DNA of 64,000 nucleotides from contig CAVYNH010000006.1 of NCBI GenBank assembly GCA_963769885.1, positions 512,001 through 576,000 of the forward strand, written 5' to 3'. The first letter of the stretch is position 1; each line of letters begins with the position of its first letter. Positions 58,964-64,000 of this stretch are shown here, piece by piece. A program made the position numbers and the translations under genes. The notes beneath the pieces are model-generated. The model was not told the origin of the DNA. It searched no databases and saw only the letters and a list, made by a program, of their open reading frames with translations. Source of the DNA: Methanobacteriota archaeon (GTDB lineage Archaea > Thermoplasmatota > E2 > DHVEG-1).

Positions 58964-61900
58964 ATGTTCTTCTTTGAGATAAAAGGGAAAGGCGAAAGTA
59001 CGAAGAAGATTGCAATTTCCATTGTTTTTTTTATCGTTTTATTTGGAGATTGTTCATTTCTACTGCATGCCCAACCTATTAGTCAATCTTTTTTTAAGTA
59101 TAGCATTCCCAAAGACATATCCATTCCCAGGTTGAAAAATGAAAAAATTGAACAGTGTGTCGAAGAATTGTTAGTCCAGCATAATACTGATGATACTCAC
59201 CATTTCAAGTCTTTAAGTAGTTTCGATTTTGTCAATGGGAAAGTTCGACTTGAGGTCCTCCTTGCGAATGAAGACCAATTGAGTTCTTTGGCAGACTTTA
59301 ACCATGATATCGTGATTGAGAATCATTATAAGTCGTTGGCTCAAATCTTAATTCCTCCTACTCAAATTCAAAATTTATCTGAAGAAAAATATGTGCAATT
59401 TATTCGCAGACCCGTGCAAGCAATCCCTGATGTCATTAGCGAAGGGGTTAATGTAATCGGAGCAAATTTAGTACAAAATGCAGGATATTATGGTGCTGGG
59501 GTAAAAGTAGCGATTATTGACCTTGGTTTCAAAGGCTATTCCACAGATCTAGATTTGCCCTCATCGCGAATCAAAGAAGTCAAGTCGTTTCGTGCCGACC
59601 ACGATATCGAAGCAGGTGAAGTGCACGGGACTGCTTGTGCTGAAATCGTGCTTGATGTGGCACCGCAAGCCGATCTTTATCTCTATAATTTCGACACAAT
59701 ATCTGATTTAAATAGCGCTGTTTCCTATACGATATCAGTTGGTGTAAAAATCATTAGTTTTTCTATTGGATATGTTGGTATCAATGATTATGATGGAGTT
59801 GGATATTCTTCGATCGGCGACGTCTGTGGCATTGTGAATAATGCTCGTTCGCAAGGTATCTTATTTGTGGCATCTGCAGGAAATGAAGCTCAGAGCCATT
59901 ATGAGGGAACATTCATAGATAATAATAGTAATAACTGGCATGATTTTGGACCTGGAGATGAAGAGCTATCTCTTGGTTATTTATCTGTTGGGAATGTAGT
60001 TCATTTGATTCTTAGTTGGAATAATTGGCCTACCTCTAATCAAGATTATGATTTGTATTTAATGGACAGTAGTTCGAATATTATTGCATCGTCGGAAAAT
60101 CCGCAAACTGGTTCACAGCCCCCTGTTGAATATATAGCTGTATATGTACCATATAGGGATGTTTATTATGTCGCTATCAAAAAAAGTTCTGCAACTCAAA
60201 ATGTTCATTTTGAACTATATAGTTTTTATAACGATTTTATTACATACGACTATCCTGAAAGTAGCCTTACTTGTCCAGCTGATACCACAGGTGCAATGAC
60301 AGCTGGCGCAACCTACTGGCGGAATGATACCCTTGAGAGTTACAGCTCAAGAGGTCCGACAAATGACGGCAGGATAAAACCCGATGTCACAGCTCCAGAC
60401 GGCGTATCAACACACACGTATGGAAGTGGTAATTTCTATGGTACATCTGCGTCAGCTCCGCATACTGCTGGAGCCGCAGCGTTGCTCTTAAGTGTCGGTC
60501 CTCAATGCACCGTTGATAATCTACAGAACTTACTTGAAACAAAAGCGGTCGATTACGGATCACCTGGAAAAGACAACCTCTATGGATCTGGCAGAATCGA
60601 CGTATGGGCTGCCTTTAACTATATGATTCCCAAGGCGAACTTCACCTATTCGCCGCAAAACCCAAAGACGTCCGATACAATCCAATTCACTGACAACTCT
60701 ACGGATCTCGATGGAACCATTGTCTCTTGGGATTGGATCTTTGGTGATGGAAATATCTCTACAACGCAGAATCCTCGTCATTCCTTTTCAAATGACATCA
60801 CCTACAATGTCACCTTGAAAGTGACAGACAATGATGGAGCGAACAGCACTCTAACAAAGCAGGTTGTCACAAGGATCGTCTACACCAATGTAACTCTAGA
60901 TGGAAATGAGACTACTGTGGATTTCCAAAATGAAACCGGCGCTATTATCATTATCACAACGATGAATTCGACGAATATCACCCTGTCGAAATATTCTGGG
61001 AATCCAACGGGAGAGAATATCCTCGGGAACATTACCAGTGTTGACAATTATATCGACATTACAGTTGGAAATGAAAGTCTGGTTGAATGGCCTGTTACCA
61101 TCAAGATGTTCTACACCAAAAATGACTTGAACAACTCCCATCTCAACGAGAGTCAATTACTAGGTATCTATTTCTGGAATACTACCGTCATTGAATGGCA
61201 GCTGTATAACAAGACTGGCGTGAATACAAGCTACAATCAAAACGAGTATGAGGGGTATTGTTGGGCTTATGTATGGCATCTAACCCCACTTGTTCTCGGA
61301 GGAGATGCAGAACCGCCATCAAAAGTCGGAGGATTGACCGTTACCAATGCACATGACGGAAAATTGAATCTCGTTTGGAATCCTTCGACAGATAATATCG
61401 CTGTTCATAACTATAGAATCTATAGAAATGGAAATTTTATTATCAATAGAACTTCAACTTCATATCTGGATAGTGGTCTCAACAATGGTCAGACATACAG
61501 TTACGAGATTTCTGCCGTTGATGCTGTAGGAAACGAAGGAGCAAAATCTAATCCAAAAAGTGGGATTCCAACTGCTAACAATCCACCCACTTTGACTAAC
61601 TCGAGTCCCACGAATGGATCGAGAGGCGTGTCTATTAGTATTTCAACTGTGAGCATAATGATTCGTGACCTGGAGGGGGATCATTTCAACTGGACAATTA
61701 CCACATCACCAAACATAGGTAGCAACTCGGGAGTCTCAGCAATCAATGGAACAAAGACTTGTAGCATTTCTGGACTAGCAGATTCTACAACTTACAAATG
61801 GACTGTACGAGCATTTGATGGCAAGCTTTGGGCAAATCAAACCTTTACATTTACAACTGCTTCAGCCGGTGGAGGCGGCGGTGGTGGAGGCGGAGGCGGT

Positions 61901-62530
61901 GGTAATGAAAATCTCCCACCAATAGCTAATGCATCTGGAGGTAGGCACTATTGGGGATATGTAAACGAATCACTAACTTTTGACGGATCGTCGAGTTATG
62001 ATCCTGATGGAAACATCACCTCATGGTTCTGGACTTTCGGTGATGGTACTAATGGATCGGGAGAAGTTATCAAGCATATGTACAAGAAAGTGGGTAACTG
62101 GACTGTTACTTTAGAGGTTACGGATGATAGCGGAGGCGCAGACATTGATATAACGTATGTGATTATCACAGAAAAGCCAAACGTACCCCCTATTGCTAAT
62201 TTCTCGTATCTTCCACTTCATCCCACGACGAATGATACCCTACAGTTCACTGATTCATCGACAGACAGTGATGGAACTATCGTCTCTAGGTATTGGGACT
62301 TTGGCGATGGCACATATTCCACTGAAAAAGATCCAGCACACCAGTACGTTCAAAAAGGAATATATCGGATCGTCTTGAATGTCACCGATAATGATGGCGC
62401 TCTTAACTCGACATACAGATGGATAGTTGTCGATAGTGTAATTGCTACTGGGACGCGTGGAACACCTGGTTTTGAATTGTTGATTGCATTGCTCGCGATG
62501 GCGCTAATCTTGGTCTTGAAACGAAAATGA
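58964..62530 (+). CDS. Cell-surface S8 subtilase with PKD/FN3 domains, poly-Gly linker and PGF-CTERM anchor
   Basis: AIIDLGF, HGTACAE, GTSASAPH triad; FGDG PKD repeats; Gly12 linker; TPGFE + TM + KRK; AT-rich. Confidence 0.92.
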   Translation: MFFFEIKGKGESTKKIAISIVFFIVLFGDCSFLLHAQPISQSFFKYSIPKDISIPRLKNEKIEQCVEELLVQHNTDDTHHFKSLSSFDFVNGKVRLEVLLANEDQLSSLADFNHDIVIENHYKSLAQILIPPTQIQNLSEEKYVQFIRRPVQAIPDVISEGVNVIGANLVQNAGYYGAGVKVAIIDLGFKGYSTDLDLPSSRIKEVKSFRADHDIEAGEVHGTACAEIVLDVAPQADLYLYNFDTISDLNSAVSYTISVGVKIISFSIGYVGINDYDGVGYSSIGDVCGIVNNARSQGILFVASAGNEAQSHYEGTFIDNNSNNWHDFGPGDEELSLGYLSVGNVVHLILSWNNWPTSNQDYDLYLMDSSSNIIASSENPQTGSQPPVEYIAVYVPYRDVYYVAIKKSSATQNVHFELYSFYNDFITYDYPESSLTCPADTTGAMTAGATYWRNDTLESYSSRGPTNDGRIKPDVTAPDGVSTHTYGSGNFYGTSASAPHTAGAAALLLSVGPQCTVDNLQNLLETKAVDYGSPGKDNLYGSGRIDVWAAFNYMIPKANFTYSPQNPKTSDTIQFTDNSTDLDGTIVSWDWIFGDGNISTTQNPRHSFSNDITYNVTLKVTDNDGANSTLTKQVVTRIVYTNVTLDGNETTVDFQNETGAIIIITTMNSTNITLSKYSGNPTGENILGNITSVDNYIDITVGNESLVEWPVTIKMFYTKNDLNNSHLNESQLLGIYFWNTTVIEWQLYNKTGVNTSYNQNEYEGYCWAYVWHLTPLVLGGDAEPPSKVGGLTVTNAHDGKLNLVWNPSTDNIAVHNYRIYRNGNFIINRTSTSYLDSGLNNGQTYSYEISAVDAVGNEGAKSNPKSGIPTANNPPTLTNSSPTNGSRGVSISISTVSIMIRDLEGDHFNWTITTSPNIGSNSGVSAINGTKTCSISGLADSTTYKWTVRAFDGKLWANQTFTFTTASAGGGGGGGGGGGGNENLPPIANASGGRHYWGYVNESLTFDGSSSYDPDGNITSWFWTFGDGTNGSGEVIKHMYKKVGNWTVTLEVTDDSGGADIDITYVIITEKPNVPPIANFSYLPLHPTTNDTLQFTDSSTDSDGTIVSRYWDFGDGTYSTEKDPAHQYVQKGIYRIVLNVTDNDGALNSTYRWIVVDSVIATGTRGTPGFELLIALLAMALILVLKRK

Positions 62531-62597
62531 AGTCAAAGCTGCATCCCTAGTTCATAATGAAGTGAGGCAGACAGGTCGGTTTGGTTAGTTGTGTTGT

Positions 62598-63863
62598 TTA
62601 TACTCCTGATGCGCCGTAGTAGGCTTTGCGGTCGAACTCCGCCACTGAGCCGAGCGTCATCTCTTCCTTGATGACCTCCCCGAGCCGCTTGATGCCCTCG
62701 CGGATTACGTCATCGTCGGAGTACGAGAAGTTCAGCCGCATGCTGTTGTAGTTGCTCGCATCCGGGTAGAACGTGTCGCCGATCACGTACGCGACCTTCT
62801 TCGCCAGGGCGCGCTTGAACATATGCCGGGTGTTGACGGTCTTGGGCAGCGTCACCCATAGGAACATCCCGCCGTGGGGCACCGTCCAGTGTGCCTCCTT
62901 CGGGAAGTACTGCTGCAGCGCCTCGATCATCACGTCCCGCTTACGCTTGTACATGGCGCGGATCGTCTCGACCTGCTTGTCCAGGTACCCGCCCTTGATG
63001 TACTCATACGCGATGTACTGCGTGAACACGTTGCTGCACAGATCCGTGCACTGCTTCGTCTGCGCGAACTTCGTGATGATATCCTCGCTGGCGACGACCC
63101 AGGCGAGCCGGAACCCCGGCGCCAGGATCTTCGAAAACGTGCTAATGTATATGACCCGGCCCTTTGTATCAAACGACTTGATTGGCGGGATCGGCTCCCC
63201 GTCGAAGATCAAGTCCCCGTAGGGGTCGTCCTCGATGATGATGAAGTCGTACTCGGACGCCAGCTCCAACAGCTCCTTGCGCTCCTCCACCGGGATCGAC
63301 TCCCCGGACGGGTTCTGGCACGTCGCCACCGTATACAGGAACTTGGGGATGATGCCGGTCCGGTTCAGCCGCTTCAGGTTGCGCCGCAGGCTGTCGATGT
63401 TGATGCCCGTGTGATTAATCGGGATGGACTCGCAGTTCGCCCCGTACGCCTGAAACGCCTGCAACGCACCTAGATACGTCGGCGCGCTCGTGATGAACGT
63501 GTCCCCCATGTCAAGGAAGTTGAACGCCACGAAATTCAACGCCTGCTGCGCCCCGCTCGTAATCAATAAATCGTAGGGCGTGCAGTCGATCTTCTTCTCC
63601 TTGCGCATCCGGTCCGCCAAGGCGCTCCGTAACAGGGGCAGTCCTTCAGTGGTTCCGTACTGCAGGGCATTGTGGATGTTGTTCTTGAACACCTTCTCGA
63701 TGCACTCGTGGATGATCTCGACCGGGAACGCCTGGGGGTTCGGCAGCCCACCGGCCAGCGAAATGAAATCACCGCTCTGGGTGAGTTTCAGCAATTCTCT
63801 GATTTCTGAGGACTTCAGTAGTTTTGACCGTTTAGAAAACAGTCGGTCATAATTAACGACCAT
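62598..63863 (-). CDS. Class I PLP aminotransferase (LysN/Aro8-like)
   Basis: SLAGGLP, LQYG.TEG, QNPSG, EDDPY, TFSKILAPGFR, GGMFLW, RLNFS. Confidence 0.93.
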   Translation of the reverse strand: MVVNYDRLFSKRSKLLKSSEIRELLKLTQSGDFISLAGGLPNPQAFPVEIIHECIEKVFKNNIHNALQYGTTEGLPLLRSALADRMRKEKKIDCTPYDLLITSGAQQALNFVAFNFLDMGDTFITSAPTYLGALQAFQAYGANCESIPINHTGINIDSLRRNLKRLNRTGIIPKFLYTVATCQNPSGESIPVEERKELLELASEYDFIIIEDDPYGDLIFDGEPIPPIKSFDTKGRVIYISTFSKILAPGFRLAWVVASEDIITKFAQTKQCTDLCSNVFTQYIAYEYIKGGYLDKQVETIRAMYKRKRDVMIEALQQYFPKEAHWTVPHGGMFLWVTLPKTVNTRHMFKRALAKKVAYVIGDTFYPDASNYNSMRLNFSYSDDDVIREGIKRLGEVIKEEMTLGSVAEFDRKAYYGASGV

Positions 63864-64000
63864 TCAATTGCCCCAGGCCTGTAATTCAAGAGGTAGTATT
63901 ATATTCTTTGGCTCTCGCTTCCCTGTCAGCTCCTTTAAATGATCAGGCGGCGACGAGCTATCACCCGCCTCTCAACCAACGTTTATGAAAAACCGTACCC

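Noticed and set aside
61867-61902. GGN microsatellite
   Set aside because: In-frame poly-Gly linker with mixed codons; not a phase-variable tract.

Overview
Archaeal chromosomal segment, most likely an uncultured Thermoplasmatota of the E2/DHVEG-1 (MBG-D)-like type. This is an inference from eS17, eL41, archaeal RibC/RibL, a BHB tRNA intron, a PGF-CTERM tail and an 'FPNAFP' secreted-protein tail. The window holds about 60 CDS, three tRNAs (Lys-CTT, intron-containing Trp-CCA, Pro-GGG) and one truncated IS5-family transposase. No CRISPR array was seen. GC-rich housekeeping genes (rpiA, kptA, argF, truD, glyS, pgi/pmi, trm11, rnz, pfkA, P-type ATPase, rib operon, lat) alternate with AT-rich genes for secreted proteins. 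Main points: (1) The tRNA-Trp intron is a box C/D RNA. One guide targets the tRNA's own C34. The other is complementary to the recalled archaeal 23S rRNA helix 69 sequence (C1920) rather than tRNA position 39. (2) An isoprenoid-centred neighbourhood of about 25 kb combines the Aeropyrum-type mevalonate pathway, an LpdD-like prFMN chaperone, an atypical ATP-citrate-lyase-like pair, two UbiA prenyltransferases each beside a nicotianamine-synthase-like SAM enzyme, two CrtC/lipocalin-like proteins and a B12 radical SAM enzyme. (3) A solo Cas4 is split into two membrane-anchored halves. (4) Several conserved genes have only near-cognate start codons (CTG, ACG, ATT/ATC). (5) G/C strand skew oscillates on a kilobase scale, independent of gene direction. 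Several single-base frameshifts are present, so some anomalies may be assembly errors. All family assignments come from motif recognition, not database searches.
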